A DNA stretch of 64,000 nucleotides from Coleofasciculus chthonoplastes F2-STO-03 (GCA_040222015.1 JAVJWO010000165.1:28712-92711); one strand, 5' to 3'. Positions 11,023-20,671 are shown, counted from the first letter of the stretch. The notes: generated from the sequence alone by a model not told the origin. A program made the numbers and translations.

Positions 11023-12012
11023 ATGAACAGTCTACTCAAACTTCCGCTTAAACCGCAGATCACATTGCCTCAACTTTTCCTCGCGGCTTATATCCTAGGG
11101 GTTTCCCTAACCCTTTGGGCAATGCGATCGCACTATCTCATCCTATTTATTACCCTGTTTTGCCTGATTCCTCTCAGTAGCGGTGCAATTGTGGGAAATC
11201 GTTTAGCCGCCCAAGCCACTCTCTCTAACAACCCAAAGAATTACCGCCGCAAGATTAATCGCATATTTCTCGCGATCGCGACAACTGCAACGGTTATTAT
11301 TCTCGGTGTACAGTTCAATATTTATCGCTTTCTACCCTTAATTGTTCGCTTATATCTCGGTGCTTATCATAAGCCCATTATCCTGGCGTTGGGATGCTTA
11401 ACGTTAGGGCTAGTCGTATCAATTGAGTTGTCTGGACAACGTTCTCGCCGACGGTTACGTCTGCTGCTGGGAGTCGTCGTGGGAATAATGCTACCGTTGG
11501 TGATTATTCTGTATTACACATTACCCATAACTGGGATGGCAAGTGAACCGTTAGTCATTGAAGGAGTTGTTCTCCAAACCACATCTCACACTTGCGCCCC
11601 AGCCAGTATCGCTACACTAGCCCGATTGGTGGGATTAGATCCAAATTTATCGGAACGGGATGTGGTTAAACTCACCCATACGACGCGAAAAGGAACTTAC
11701 TCATTAGGTTCAATTCGGGCAATGGAAAAGCTGGGTTTAGCGCCGAACTATCAAAGGGGTTTAACAATTGATGATTTAATTGCGGCGGATCAACCGGCTG
11801 TACTGACAGTCAAAGAACCTGTAGATGGCGTAATATTTAACCATGCCGTCGCCCTGTTATCGGTTGATGCCAAAGCGCAAACGGTAACCATTGGGAATCC
11901 GCTTTATGGGCGTCAAGTCCTGACATTTGATCAGATGAAAGACTATTGGATAGGTCAAGCTATATTTGTTACCTATCCACCCACGCTAAAACACGTAGAC
12001 TTGAGTGAGTAG
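11023..12012 (+). CDS. Membrane protein with C-terminal peptidase C39-like domain (paralog 2)
   Basis: Same QTTSHTCAPAS / HAVAL / GNPLYG motifs. Confidence 0.75.
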   Translation: MNSLLKLPLKPQITLPQLFLAAYILGVSLTLWAMRSHYLILFITLFCLIPLSSGAIVGNRLAAQATLSNNPKNYRRKINRIFLAIATTATVIILGVQFNIYRFLPLIVRLYLGAYHKPIILALGCLTLGLVVSIELSGQRSRRRLRLLLGVVVGIMLPLVIILYYTLPITGMASEPLVIEGVVLQTTSHTCAPASIATLARLVGLDPNLSERDVVKLTHTTRKGTYSLGSIRAMEKLGLAPNYQRGLTIDDLIAADQPAVLTVKEPVDGVIFNHAVALLSVDAKAQTVTIGNPLYGRQVLTFDQMKDYWIGQAIFVTYPPTLKHVDLSE

Positions 12013-12307
12013 TGAGTAGGTTGGGTTTCGACTTCGCTCAACCTAACAGAGTATAGCTAACTTGTGTTGGGTCTCACTCCAAAGACCCAACCTACCTCTG
12101 GATCAGAATGGTAGTCGGGTTGAACCGAATTAAGCTATAAATCAAGACCTTACGTTTGGCGTCTACCATAACTTAAACTATCTTAACTATCTGCTTGAGA
12201 CTAAACCGATTCAACTTCCAATTGATCGAGCAGTTCCCTAATCTCAACCGTTAACTTTAATGTCCACCCACTTAGTACGGTAAACACATTCCCTTGATTA
12301 AGTTGCT

Positions 12308-12335
12308 AGAAAAGAATTATTATCAATTAATGATT
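12308..12335. promoter_or_regulatory. Possible Fur box
   Basis: AT-rich AAGAATTATTATCAATTAATGATT upstream of iron-uptake-type genes. Confidence 0.35.
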
Positions 12336-12352
12336 GTCACGAGCCGTCGCTA

Positions 12353-13345
12353 ATGAAAAATCCACATCTAGGATCAAACATGAAACCATGGACTCGCCGC
12401 CAGATACTGAAGGGGGGATTAATCGGCGCTGGAGTGACGAGTGCCGCGATCGCAGGACAAACCTGGATACGACGTTCCACCTCTAGAGTACGCATTCCTG
12501 AGAGTCCAGAGACAACACCGGATCAGTTTAACCCCATGTCTGTGTTGCGAGACTTTGACTCTGGCACGATTAAACAGGAAAATGGGCGCACCATTCGTGA
12601 ATTTGAGATTGTTGCTAAAAATTCTTCTCTACAACTCAATAGTGCTGTGTCCTTCGTAAGCTGGAACTTTAACGATCGCGTTCCCGGACCCACTTTACGC
12701 GCCACCGAGGGCGATCGCATCCGGGTTATTTTCCGGAATCAAGGCGGACATTCCCACAGTATGCATTTTCATGGCACTCACCCGTCGGAAATGGATGGGG
12801 TGAAACCGATACGCCATGGTCAGGAAACGATTTACGAATTTGAGGCTAAACCCTCTGGTGTCCACCTCTATCATTGCCACATTGCCCCTGTGACCCGCCA
12901 TATCAGCAAAGGACTTTATGGCATGTTCATTGTAGATCCTCGCCAAAAACGCCCTCCCGCTGATGAGATGGTTCTGGTGATGGGTGGATATGATATCAAT
13001 AATGATAATCAGAATGAACTCTACGCCTTTAATGGTATCCCTGACTACTATTTAGACCATCCCATCCCGATCTATCAAAACCAACTCGTGCGTCTGTATC
13101 TGCTGAATATGATTGAGTTTGATCCGGCGGCGACGTTTCATATTCATGCCAATCTGTTCCAGGTTTATCCCACCGGGCGCACTCTTACCCCTACCCTGGA
13201 AACGGATGTAATTACCCTGGGAACGGCGGAACGGCATATTTTGGAATTTTCCTACCCCTACCCCGGTGAGTATATGTTCCATCCCCACCAAGATGCGATC
13301 GCGGAAAATGGCTGCATGGGCAAGTTTGATGTGATTCCCCTGTGA
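12353..13345 (+). CDS. Tat-exported two-domain multicopper oxidase
   Basis: TRRQILK Tat motif; HSMHFHG, YHCH, FHIHAN and MFHPHQ copper motifs. Confidence 0.9.
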   Translation: MKNPHLGSNMKPWTRRQILKGGLIGAGVTSAAIAGQTWIRRSTSRVRIPESPETTPDQFNPMSVLRDFDSGTIKQENGRTIREFEIVAKNSSLQLNSAVSFVSWNFNDRVPGPTLRATEGDRIRVIFRNQGGHSHSMHFHGTHPSEMDGVKPIRHGQETIYEFEAKPSGVHLYHCHIAPVTRHISKGLYGMFIVDPRQKRPPADEMVLVMGGYDINNDNQNELYAFNGIPDYYLDHPIPIYQNQLVRLYLLNMIEFDPAATFHIHANLFQVYPTGRTLTPTLETDVITLGTAERHILEFSYPYPGEYMFHPHQDAIAENGCMGKFDVIPL

Positions 13346-13438
13346 GCCATATTTCTTTTTTCCTCAGTTATTGCAAAATACTGTCAATAGCTGTAGACTA
13401 AGAACCGTTCACTCAGTTATTGCTAAAAATTCTTAACA

Positions 13439-14254
13439 ATGTCATCGGTTCGTTTTTTATCCCTCACGGGTGCAGCCGCGACTCTAATTGCCCTGACAAG
13501 CTGTGGCAACCCACAAACCTCTACTCCTGCCACGCCAGAGGCTAACGGTTCACCCGCAACGACTAGCCAAACTACGGCGTCACTATCCACCGCCACGGAT
13601 CAGCAGCCGGATGTTGACTACATGACCACGTTAGGCTTAATGAAAGGGCATCTGTTGGTGGCAAAGGAACTCCTCGATCAAGGAAAACCTGACCAAGCGG
13701 AACCCCATATCGGTCACCCGATTGAAGAACTCTATGCGGATGTAGAAACTCAGTTACCTAAACGCAATGCTAAAGACTTCAAACCCACGTTAACGACATT
13801 GCATGATTTCGTTAAATCTAAACCCAATGCGCCGAAGATAACCACAGAATATAAGGCGGCGATGCAAGGGATTGATCAAGCAATTGAGGCTTTACCCGCT
13901 TCTGTGCGTCAGTCTCCCGACTTTATCCTTAGTGTCATTAACCGAATGCTGAGTACCGCCGAGGAAGAGTATAGCGCCGCGATCGCGAATGGCAAAATTG
14001 TGGAGACGATTGAATACCAAGATACGCGGGGATTTATCCTCTATGCCAACAGTCTTTATCAAAACATTGCGGATCAGGTGAGTCAAGACTATCCTGATGC
14101 GGCTCAAACTCTCGAATCCAGCCTAAATGAACTCCAGAACGCTGTACCCAGTGCAACTCCTCCAACAACTCCTGTGAAGACACCAGAGGAGGTATCAACC
14201 CTCACTCAAACGATTCAACAAACCAGTCAAACTATCACCCCCTCCCCATCTTAA
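13439..14254 (+). CDS. Lipoprotein, probable metal/iron-binding partner of the multicopper oxidase
   Basis: Lipobox LTSC; MKGHL..PHIGHPIEELY, EYQDTRGF. Confidence 0.65.
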   Translation: MSSVRFLSLTGAAATLIALTSCGNPQTSTPATPEANGSPATTSQTTASLSTATDQQPDVDYMTTLGLMKGHLLVAKELLDQGKPDQAEPHIGHPIEELYADVETQLPKRNAKDFKPTLTTLHDFVKSKPNAPKITTEYKAAMQGIDQAIEALPASVRQSPDFILSVINRMLSTAEEEYSAAIANGKIVETIEYQDTRGFILYANSLYQNIADQVSQDYPDAAQTLESSLNELQNAVPSATPPTTPVKTPEEVSTLTQTIQQTSQTITPSPS

Positions 14255-14472
14255 GTAGAATGTCACGGACTGGTATGCTGGTGGGCAATGCCCACCCTAC
14301 GGTCTCTCAAGGGTTTGGATATAAAGCTAACGATATTAAGTTAGGGAAATAGCTCTCCAACCCTGACATAAGACGAATGACGTAGCTTGCTTCTTTTCGG
14401 GAAGCGAGTATGACGAATGACGAATGACGAATGACAAATGACGAATGACGATTAAAGAATAGGTGTGAGGAT

Positions 14473-16203
14473 ATGAAACAATCAAGTTTACTGTGGAACT
14501 ATGGGGTGGTTAGCCCGACAATTTTAGCGGCAATATTGGGTGTGGGAGTGAGTGCGATCGCAACTGAAGTCGATTCGCTTCAAACAACCGCCCCCCTTGC
14601 CATTCCAGCCAATCCCAACCATGAAACCATTGTGCCCCTAACCCCGATCGCTCAACGTCCTCATCTTAATCTTAGTGACGATTCCAGCGATGAGATTTGG
14701 GAGCAACTGAACCACTACAGCAACGAGACAAACACCTTGGATCAAGTAACCAATGTCTCTCAGTTACGGGATGTATCGCCTGGAGACTGGGCGTATGAAG
14801 CCTTGCGATCGCTCGTTGAACGCTATGGTTGTATTGCGGGATATCCTGATGGCACCTATCGAGGAAACCGTGCGATGACTCGTTATGAATTTGCCGCCGG
14901 GTTAAATGCCTGTTTACAGCAAATCGAACGCTTAATCGCAGGGAATAATGGTGTTGATGGAAGTGACTTAGAAACCTTGCGACGATTAATTCAGGAATTT
15001 GAAGCCGAACTCGCCACCCTGGGAGCGCGGGTAGATAATTTAGAAGGACGAGTCGCCTTCTTAGAGGATAATCAGTTTTCCACAACCACCCAACTATCCG
15101 GCGAAGTCGTCTTTGGTTTAGCGGGCGTGGCTGCGGGAGAGGATGCCAATGGAGATGATATCGATAATATAACCATTTTTGGTCATCGCACCCGCCTAGA
15201 ATTAAATACCAGTTTCACCGGGGAAGATGTACTCAGAACCCGACTGCAAGCTGAAGGTTTAGGTTCTCTGACAGAACAGACGATTACACCCGAAGGGGAT
15301 CTTTTCTTTGCCGGAGCAACGGATAGTGATGTTGTGATAGACGCTTTACTCTACGATTTTCCCCTTGGTGAAAATACCCGTGTTGTCATTGATGCCAATG
15401 CGGGTGCATCTGATGACTTTGCCAGTACCGTTAATCCCTTCCTGGATGGTGATGGGGGTAGTGGGGCGCTGTCTCGCTTTGGAACAAGGCATTCCATCTA
15501 TTATTATCTGGATGGTGCAGGTATCGGGATTAATCATGCATTCGGTGACAAGCTAGAACTCAGTGCCGGCTATTTAGCGAGTGAGGCGGCTGATCCCGGA
15601 GATGATACTGGCATATTCAATGGTCCTTATGGGGCGCTTGCCCAGATCCTGTTTAAGCCCAGCGATAGACTGAATATTGGATTAACCTATATCCATTCCT
15701 ACAATCAAGACACCGATACTGGCAGCCGACGCTCCAATTTTCGCAGTTTTACCGAAGACGCGATCGGTAATGCTGTCCCCACATCTAGCAATTCTTATGG
15801 TGTAGAACTATCATGGCGATTAAGCGATCGCTTCGCCCTTGGCGGTTGGGTGGGCTATACCCAAACCACAACCCTTTCGACGCTGGATGGACAAATTGAT
15901 CGCGGTGACTTAGATATTTGGAATTGGGCGGTTAGCTTAGCTTTCCCGGATTTAGGCAAAGAAGGGAGTGTCGCTGGGATTTTGGTGGGGATGGAACCGA
16001 AAGTTACTGATTCTAGCGTTAATATTCCAGGATTCAGTACCGAGGATGATGATACGTCGCTGCACATTGAGGCGTTTTATCAGTATCAGTTAACTGATAA
16101 CATTGCCATTACACCGGGAATCATCTGGCTCACGGCGCCTGATCACGATAATGATAATGAAGACATTGTAATCGGGGCTATCCGCACCACCTTTAGCTTT
16201 TAA
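14473..16203 (+). CDS. SLH-domain cyanobacterial porin (iron-uptake/OprB type)
   Basis: QLRDVSPGDWAYEALRSLVERYGCIAGYPDG SLH; FSTTT; C-terminal IRTTFSF. Confidence 0.92.
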   Translation: MKQSSLLWNYGVVSPTILAAILGVGVSAIATEVDSLQTTAPLAIPANPNHETIVPLTPIAQRPHLNLSDDSSDEIWEQLNHYSNETNTLDQVTNVSQLRDVSPGDWAYEALRSLVERYGCIAGYPDGTYRGNRAMTRYEFAAGLNACLQQIERLIAGNNGVDGSDLETLRRLIQEFEAELATLGARVDNLEGRVAFLEDNQFSTTTQLSGEVVFGLAGVAAGEDANGDDIDNITIFGHRTRLELNTSFTGEDVLRTRLQAEGLGSLTEQTITPEGDLFFAGATDSDVVIDALLYDFPLGENTRVVIDANAGASDDFASTVNPFLDGDGGSGALSRFGTRHSIYYYLDGAGIGINHAFGDKLELSAGYLASEAADPGDDTGIFNGPYGALAQILFKPSDRLNIGLTYIHSYNQDTDTGSRRSNFRSFTEDAIGNAVPTSSNSYGVELSWRLSDRFALGGWVGYTQTTTLSTLDGQIDRGDLDIWNWAVSLAFPDLGKEGSVAGILVGMEPKVTDSSVNIPGFSTEDDDTSLHIEAFYQYQLTDNIAITPGIIWLTAPDHDNDNEDIVIGAIRTTFSF

Positions 16204-16597
16204 CTCACATCTTGCCCCATTCAAGGTTAAGCCAAATTGTATTGGCGTTACCCTAATACCAAATCCGGGTTAGCTACCCCCGTTATAACCTAGTCCGCGC
16301 AGGCGGACTTTGTTTGTGTAGCCGCGATTTCAATCGCCTCCTCTTACTGAGAGGCATAGTAACAACCAGTAACGTTTTCTCTGGAATTTTTAAATAACTA
16401 ACACATTATAACAATTTAATGAAAAATCTGCCATCATGCACCTCCTTTTTCTTTACAAAATCTTCATGTAAATAAGGATTTATATTGATGTAAAAAAATA
16501 AATTTTTGATGAAGTAACAGAGATGTATAACATATTGACTTTAAAACGATTTATTCTAGAAATAGATAAATAATAATTTCATTGGCAGGACGAAAAA

Positions 16598-18487
16598 ATG
16601 AAACGTCTCGCTCAAACCGCTGCATCAGTTACAATCATTGCCACGGCAACAATTAGCTATTTACCCAATAGAGCCGAGGCAATCACATTCAATAGTGGAG
16701 GAAACGCTATTGAAACAAGCGCCATTAAACAAGGCTCCCTGAGTAAGCTAATGTTTGATTTAGCGCCAATGGCTGTTAATGGAGGCAATTATTCTGGGCA
16801 GAATGCCTCATTTTCATTGCAGACCTACAATAATAACGTAGTCATTGATGCTGTTGCCGCGAGTGACGTCAATTCTCTCTTGTCTGATTTACAAGGATTA
16901 GGATTGCAAAATGCTTCGATATTTGGCTCCTTTGTGTCAGGGATGCTGCCGATTGATGCTCTCGCGTCTGTAGCACAATTAGAAAGCTTAAAATTTGCTA
17001 AACCAGCCTATAAACCTATAACCAATGTCGGCAAAACAACCAGTCAGGCTAATGTCGCCTTACGTGCAGATATAGCGCGTGAGCAGTTTGGTGTAGATGG
17101 AACCGGGGTGACGATTGGAGTTTTATCGGATAGCTTTAATTTTTCTGGTACAGCCGCAGAGGATGTGGCGAATGGAGATTTGCCATCGGGTATTCAGGTG
17201 CTCAAAGATCTACCCAATGACGGGAGTTTAGGTGACGATATCTTTGGTATCGATGAAGGTCGTGCCATGATGCAACTGATCCATGATGTGGCTCCAGGCG
17301 CAGATTTGGCGTTTCACACGGCGGCTTTTAATGAAACCGATTTTGCCCAAGGGATTCTGGCACTCGCCGATGCAGGTGCGGATATTATTGTCGATGACAT
17401 CTTTTATCCCACTGAGCCAATGTTCCAGGATGGAGTCATTGCTCAAGCCATTGATACTGTCGTTGCTCAGGGTGTTTCCTATTTCTCGGCGGCGGGTAAC
17501 GATGCTCGACAGTCTTACGAAAGTGCGTTTAATGGCAGTAATCTGTTTGAGGAGTTAGTCGGCGGTGAATTTCATGATTTTGATTCAGGTGCAGGCGTTG
17601 ATGTTTTCCAAAGTTTGACGATTCCTGAGAATAGCGGATTTGGTATCTCGTTCCAGTGGGATTCGCCGTTCTTTTCGGTGAGCGGTGGTGCGGGTTCTCT
17701 TAATGATCTGGATATTTTCCTGTTTGATGAGTCAGGAACGAATATATTGGCGAGCAGTGTTAATCAAAATGTGGGGAATGATGCGGTTGAATTTTTCTCG
17801 TTTTTCAATGATGGCTCATTAGGGACAGATGGGTTTAACTTAGCGATATCAAAGGTAGAGGGTTTAGATCCTGGATTGATGAAGTATATCTTGTTTGGCG
17901 AGGGTACGCTGAACGAGTACGATACTGCCAGTGGAACGGTGTTTGGACATCCTAATGCTAGGGGAGCAGAAACTGTTGGCGCGGCGTTTTATCAAGATAC
18001 ACCCGAATTTGGTGTTGATCCAGCTTTATTGGAGCCATTTTCCTCAGCAGGACCCACGCCGATTCTGTTTGATACGGCGGGTAATCGCTTGGCAAATCCG
18101 GAGATTCGCTTGAAGCCAGAGATTATTGCGGCTGATGGAACGAATACAACCTTTTTTCCACCTCCTTTCTTAGATCCTAGAGATCCCGAAGGTGATGGGT
18201 TTCCCAACTTCTTTGGTACGTCGGCGGCTGCTCCCCATGCGGCGGCTGTGGCGGCTTTAATTTTGGACGCTGCGCCGGATATGAGTCCAAGTGAAATTTA
18301 TCGTATATTGGAAACGACTGCTCTGGATATGGAGAGTCCTGGTTTTGACTTTGACAGTGGTTTCGGTTTAATTCAAGCCGATCGCGCTGTAGCAGCTGTT
18401 GTTCCGGAACCGGGTTCGGTGTTAGGTTTGCTGGTATTCAGTGCTGTGGGGATAGGTGTTCGACTATTCGGGAAGAAGCTTAATTGA
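16598..18487 (+). CDS. Secreted S8 (subtilisin-like) peptidase with PEP-CTERM anchor
   Basis: GVLSDS, DEGRAMMQLIHDVAPGA, SAAGN, GTSAAAPH; VPEPGSVLGL tail. Confidence 0.88.
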   Translation: MKRLAQTAASVTIIATATISYLPNRAEAITFNSGGNAIETSAIKQGSLSKLMFDLAPMAVNGGNYSGQNASFSLQTYNNNVVIDAVAASDVNSLLSDLQGLGLQNASIFGSFVSGMLPIDALASVAQLESLKFAKPAYKPITNVGKTTSQANVALRADIAREQFGVDGTGVTIGVLSDSFNFSGTAAEDVANGDLPSGIQVLKDLPNDGSLGDDIFGIDEGRAMMQLIHDVAPGADLAFHTAAFNETDFAQGILALADAGADIIVDDIFYPTEPMFQDGVIAQAIDTVVAQGVSYFSAAGNDARQSYESAFNGSNLFEELVGGEFHDFDSGAGVDVFQSLTIPENSGFGISFQWDSPFFSVSGGAGSLNDLDIFLFDESGTNILASSVNQNVGNDAVEFFSFFNDGSLGTDGFNLAISKVEGLDPGLMKYILFGEGTLNEYDTASGTVFGHPNARGAETVGAAFYQDTPEFGVDPALLEPFSSAGPTPILFDTAGNRLANPEIRLKPEIIAADGTNTTFFPPPFLDPRDPEGDGFPNFFGTSAAAPHAAAVAALILDAAPDMSPSEIYRILETTALDMESPGFDFDSGFGLIQADRAVAAVVPEPGSVLGLLVFSAVGIGVRLFGKKLN

Positions 18488-18593
18488 CTTAAAGCTGGTG
18501 GGCAATGCCCACCCTACGGTATATCAAGGGTTGCGGCGATTTCACAATGCTGACTGGAGCGTGCCATTGGAGTTAAAACGGGTTGAATCAATC

Positions 18594-19331
18594 ATGCGCC
18601 AACTGCAAATCCCTCTAATCACGTTTATTTTTTGTCTACTCGTCAGTTGTGGCGAGAACAACTCTCCAAACCCGACAGATACATCATCTGTGTCTTCTCA
18701 AGATGCATCATCGGCGCAGCCATCATCTCCTCGCACCTCACCTGGCGAAAGTCCCACGGTTGATCCTCCTGAATCCACTCAATCGGTTCAAACCCAACGG
18801 ATCTCTGCAAAGGGGATTGGATTGGCACAAGTGGGGATGACGCTGGTTGAACTGAAAGAATTGCTGGCAGATCAAGCTGAGTTTCAGGTGATGTCACCCT
18901 TTATGGTCGATTTTGATGCGATCGCGATCGTTCAAGAGGGTAAACCACAATACTACATCTTGTATCCGGCGGGAATACCGATGAGTGACGACGATATCAT
19001 CGAGGCGCTAGTTACAGATAATCTCAATTACCAAACCGTTGACGGTGTTGGACCCGGAACCCCCCTAAACCAAGCAGAAGAGGTTTACGGAGAGGCGACT
19101 CTGACCTATAACACTGTTAACGAGTCGCGGGAATACGTCAAGTTTGCCCAACACCCGTCTCCTGACATAACGTTTCGGCTTGGTGCGGCGAATGATGATA
19201 GCTTGGCTGGAGTCTATCCCTCACCCCAAAAGGAATTTAACCAGACGAAGGAGTATAAGGATACGGCGACGATTCGTTTTGTGGAAGTGTATTGTGGAAA
19301 GGATTGTCCTGTACAACCTCTGCCCAATTGA
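18594..19331 (+). CDS. Hypothetical lipoprotein
   Basis: MRQLQ...LLVSC lipobox; Ser/Pro-rich linker. Confidence 0.7.
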   Translation: MRQLQIPLITFIFCLLVSCGENNSPNPTDTSSVSSQDASSAQPSSPRTSPGESPTVDPPESTQSVQTQRISAKGIGLAQVGMTLVELKELLADQAEFQVMSPFMVDFDAIAIVQEGKPQYYILYPAGIPMSDDDIIEALVTDNLNYQTVDGVGPGTPLNQAEEVYGEATLTYNTVNESREYVKFAQHPSPDITFRLGAANDDSLAGVYPSPQKEFNQTKEYKDTATIRFVEVYCGKDCPVQPLPN

Positions 19332-19361
19332 TGCATAACCCAGAAAAAATCCCTGTTAGTT

Positions 19362-19385
19362 GCCCGGAATCGTTCCGGGCTTTTT
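19362..19385 (+). terminator. Rho-independent terminator
   Basis: GCCCGGAA-TCG-TTCCGGGC-TTTTT. Confidence 0.75.
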
Positions 19386-19471
19386 AGTTGGGGCATGGGT
19401 TGTGCGATCGCGCTTGAATCGTCCTCTCTATAAGCTTTTGAGCCAATCTCAAAAATTTTTTGCCCAAACCC

Positions 19472-19500
19472 TTGACAAATTTGTAGTATATTTGTAGTAT
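19472..19500 (+). promoter_or_regulatory. Sigma70 promoter of the tRNA array overlapped by two TGTAGTAT direct repeats (probable repressor operator)
   Basis: TTGACA(19472-77)-17 bp-TAGTAT(19495-500); TGTAGTAT at 19482-89 and 19493-500. Confidence 0.8.
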
Positions 19501-19508
19501 ACATTTAA

Positions 19509-19567
19509 GAGCGAAGGGGAAAGAGCCAAACCGCTTGACTCCAGACGCTCATACCGAACCTTGAAAA
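19509..19567 (+). promoter_or_regulatory. rrn-type antitermination leader (BoxB-like hairpin + BoxA)
   Basis: GAGCG...CGCTC stem followed by GAACCTTGAAAA (19556-19567), matching cyanobacterial rrn BoxA. Confidence 0.7.
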
Positions 19568-19598
19568 CTGAATATGTAACACATTTTTTCATCAATGT

Positions 19599-19671
19599 GG
19601 GGGCGTAGCTCAATGGCTAGAGCAAAGACCTGTCGAGTCTGAGGTTGCGAGTTCAAGTCTCGTCGCTCCCG
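19599..19671 (+). tRNA. tRNA-Asp(GTC)
   Basis: Cloverleaf, acceptor GGGGGCG/CGCTCCC, loop CT-GTC-GA. Confidence 0.9.
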
Positions 19672-19677
19672 CTATCT

Positions 19678-19751
19678 GGCTCCATCGTCTAGGTGGACAA
19701 GGATCTCTGATTTTCGCTCAGAAGACACGGGTTCAAATCCCGTTGGGGCTA
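19678..19751 (+). tRNA. tRNA-Glu(TTC)
   Basis: GGCTCCA/TGGGGCT; TCTGA-TT-TTC-GC-TCAGA. Confidence 0.9.
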
Positions 19752-19846
19752 TGACATTGATGAACTAGGTCAAGTTGTCAAGGGGTTGAAGGGAATACTG
19801 ACAACTCCTACCTTGACCTTTAAAAGAAGCAGATTATTTGAGGAAG

Positions 19847-19919
19847 GGGAGTATAGCTCAACTGGCAGAGCATACGGCTTTTAACCGTCTGGTTGCAGGT
19901 TCGATTCCTGCTGCTCCCA
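19847..19919 (+). tRNA. tRNA-Lys(TTT)
   Basis: GGGAGTA/TGCTCCC; loop CT-TTT-AA. Confidence 0.9.
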
Positions 19920-19929
19920 CTCAATTTTT

Positions 19930-20002
19930 GGGAGTATAGCTCAGTCGGCAGAGCAGCACCCTCATAAGGTGCCAGTCGCAGGTTCAATCCTTGCTACTCC
20001 TA
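19930..20002 (+). tRNA. tRNA with CAT anticodon (elongator Met or Ile2)
   Basis: GCACC-CT-CAT-AA-GGTGC. Confidence 0.85.
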
Positions 20003-20009
20003 CTGCTCC

Positions 20010-20081
20010 AGCCTCATCGTCTAGTGGTTAGGACGCTGCCCCCTCAAGGCAGAAAGAGGAGTTCAAGTCTCCTTGGGGCTA
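20010..20081 (+). tRNA. tRNA-Glu(CTC), C at position 33
   Basis: AGCCTCA/TGGGGCT; CTGCC-CC-CTC-AA-GGCAG. Confidence 0.8.
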
Positions 20082-20084
20082 TCT

Positions 20085-20191
20085 GGAGAGGTGGCTGAAT
20101 TGGTGAAAGCACTTCCCTGCTAAGGAAGCATGGGGCAACCCATTGCAGCTACTCTTCGAGAACGCTCCGCGAACAAATCCTGTCCTCTCCG
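20085..20191 (+). tRNA. tRNA-Ser(GCT) with T-arm disrupted by a short insertion (probable pseudogene)
   Basis: GGAGAGG/CCTCTCC; CTTCC-CT-GCT-AA-GGAAG; long variable arm; GCAG[CTACTCTTCGAGAACGCTCCGCGAA]CAAATCCTGT. Confidence 0.8.
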
Positions 20192-20230
20192 CTTTGTGTA
20201 GTATATCGAACCAGACATACTACATATCCT

Positions 20231-20313
20231 GGGTCGGCTCGCCTATTAGGGTGGGCAACTGTCTGTAAAACAGCCGCTTTCATGCGTTGCAGGTGCGAAT
20301 CCTGCCCGACCCA
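20231..20313 (+). tRNA. tRNA-Tyr(GTA)
   Basis: GGGTCGG/CCGACCC; loop CT-GTA-AA; long variable arm; T-loop TGCGAAT. Confidence 0.85.
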
Positions 20314-20344
20314 TTGAATTTTGGTTTCAAAGTTCAAATCGAAT

Positions 20345-20418
20345 GTAGGGATAGTGTAACGGCAACATCTCGGTCTCCAAAACCGAGGATCTGAGTTCAA
20401 ATCTCAGTCCCTGCGCCA
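20345..20418 (+). tRNA. tRNA-Trp(CCA), CCA end encoded
   Basis: TCGGT-CT-CCA-AA-ACCGA. Confidence 0.9.
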
Positions 20419-20429
20419 ATCAAACATTT

Positions 20430-20503
20430 CCCCTGGTAGCTCAGTTGGGTAGAGCGCTTGCCTGAAAAGCAAGAGGTCGTCAGTTCAATACTGACCTAGG
20501 GGA
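20430..20503 (+). tRNA. tRNA-Phe(GAA)
   Basis: CTTGC-CT-GAA-AA-GCAAG. Confidence 0.9.
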
Positions 20504-20510
20504 CTGGCAT

Positions 20511-20585
20511 TGCCCTATAGCTCAATGGTAGAGCCACGCGCTGTTAACGCGGGGGTTGTAGGTTCGAGTCCTACTGGGGCAGCCA
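20511..20585 (+). tRNA. tRNA-Asn(GTT), CCA end encoded
   Basis: TGCCCTA/TGGGGCA; loop CT-GTT-AA. Confidence 0.9.
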
Positions 20586-20590
20586 TTTAT

Positions 20591-20665
20591 TGCCCTGTGG
20601 TGTAACTGGCAGCATATCTGACTTTGACTCAGACGGTCTAGGTTCAAAACCTGGCGGGGCAGCCA
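20591..20665 (+). tRNA. tRNA-Gln(TTG), CCA end encoded
   Basis: TCTGA-CT-TTG-AC-TCAGA. Confidence 0.9.
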
Positions 20666-20671
20666 AATGAT

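Noticed and set aside
14374..14452. (TGACGAA)n and similar tracts at 22901, 28045 and 36541 as regulatory arrays
   Set aside because: Ordinary cyanobacterial heptamer STRRs
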